Origin: Takakia lepidozioides
Lineage: Eukaryota; Plantae; Bryophyta
DNA: 64,000 nucleotides
NCBI GenBank assembly: GCA_030704615.1
Contig: JAKLZA010000356.1
Span: forward strand, 4,905-68,904
Direction of reading: 5' to 3'
The stretch's first letter is position 1. Every line of letters starts with the position of its first letter. This document shows, in pieces, positions 62,518 through 64,000 of the stretch. Both the position numbers and the translations under genes were made by a program. The notes beneath the pieces were generated by a model, which did not search any database, was not told where the DNA came from, and was given only the letters and a program-made list of their open reading frames with translations.

Positions 62518-64000
62518 GAGAGAACAGAAACTCATTCTTCACACATTGGTAGCAAACCCTACAAAACTTACACTCACCAGACTCCCTCCTTGACGCCTAT
62601 CTGATCACCCTAAACCATCAACATGGTTTCCATAACCAACAATCCCACAAAGAAAGTAGCCTGCGAAGACAGACACAACACCGTTCAACCAAGAAGCAAG
62701 AGACGTAACAAAAATCAGATGAAGATTTGAAACCCTAACCCTGTACATACTCTTGGGATGCCATTGAGCCCATCCAAAACTGTTGCGGTTATGGTTATGG
62801 ATGCAAAAAATCCAAGAGAGCTCAGAGACACAAAGGAAGACTCCCTCTCCCTCACAATAAAAATAGAAGTGGATGCGAGCACAAGTGAACTACCAAAATG
62901 ACGGTTTAGAGTTAGGGTTTCAGGCCACACAACACTTTAAACCTGCCATCATCTGCCGCAATCTGACCGACCACTGCGCTTCAAGAGATTCAGAAGGGCT
63001 TGCCCTCTGACCTTGCACGAAAAGTGCCCACAAAGGTTCACGGGCCAGACATTTCCAAGAAGCAGTGCAATGCAGCAAGCTCAACAAAAATCGCAACTCA
63101 AACCATAGAACATGATCCGGCAACTTTTTCTTCAGCCATTCTCTGAGGGTAGGAGGCGCTGCCCGCAGCAATCTATCAACCAACAAAATGACTAGGAATA
63201 TAAATTGGACGCTGCCATACGCTGGCTCTTTCAGACTGCTCGACAGCTCTATGAGCAGCCTGATTAGCATCGTTCTAGAAAATACATTCTAGAGAATTAC
63301 CCTGGGTGATGCCTACCTGCAGGATATTGCAGGGAAAGGAAACAAAGAGAACTCATTCATTCATCAGGAGTAACTACAGAGAACCAGATAAGGAAAAACT
63401 TAAGTAATCTGCTGTAGAGCCATACATACGAGAAAGAAGTACAGATAGAGGCAAACATACTTGCAGGTGGTTCTGAAAGAACATCGGAATGACCATCAAT
63501 CAACGGCAATGACTGCATTGGCGTCCAGATTAAGGTCTGTTGAATCTTCGTCCAGGTGAGGGGTCGTGACACCATCTGTATCCACGGGAATAAGAACCCC
63601 TTGAAAGAGTTATAGTGCCTGACTTCAAACCCAGGCGTTTGCCTAGCGTTATGAGACTGATTCTGCCATCTTCTTTCGCTCAACATAGAGACTGGAGACT
63701 CCACTCACTTCTGAAACTTGATGATGGGGGGGACCATAGCTGCACCTTCTCAGAACCGATCAGCAGGTTGGCAGAAGCCACGTCAATGGAGAGCTGCAAA
63801 AAACACTCAAAAAATGCAGCATACTTGCCTTGAATCAATAAAGATTTCAAATGCATGAATGGTTACTTTATAACCGTCCGCAGAAGAAAGCACAACGAGA
63901 GGGAAAAACATCTTAAGGTAATGTGCGAAGGAAAACGCTATGAGGATCAAAAATTCAGAAACTAACCTCAATCCTCTCACACAGGAAAATGCTGTCAGCA

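Noticed and set aside
62700-64000. Short ORFs at the right end
   Set aside because: No motifs I can recognise; possibly degenerate exons, not supportable.

Overview
Eukaryotic DNA, most likely from a non-seed land plant or streptophyte (TTTAGGG-type repeats, GT-AG introns). About 55 kb is nested mobile elements. (1) Two near-identical copies of a Ty3/Gypsy LTR retrotransposon carry a DNMT3-like cytosine methyltransferase between protease and RT, a TAG-CAA-CCA readthrough signal before RT, and a PHD finger after integrase. (2) Two antisense fragments of a second Gypsy. (3) Five copies of an endonuclease-deficient Penelope-like element (PLE) in head-to-tail chains with CCCTAAA repeats. All five have a -1 frameshift signal; the four that retain the 3' UTR also have a hammerhead ribozyme preceded by a snRNA-type USE+TATA motif. 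(4) A 13.6-kb Mutator-like DNA transposon without recognisable TIRs or TSD is inserted into one PLE. It encodes a DDE/SWIM transposase and, divergently, a spliced ParB-like plus amino-methyltransferase-like protein, and carries about 39 helically phased palindromic sites. This is the best candidate for an undescribed system. The last 9 kb holds a Crinkler-like nuclease-kinase gene, a LINE remnant and local duplications. Many 1-bp frameshifts may be assembly errors. All calls were made by eye; no searches were run.
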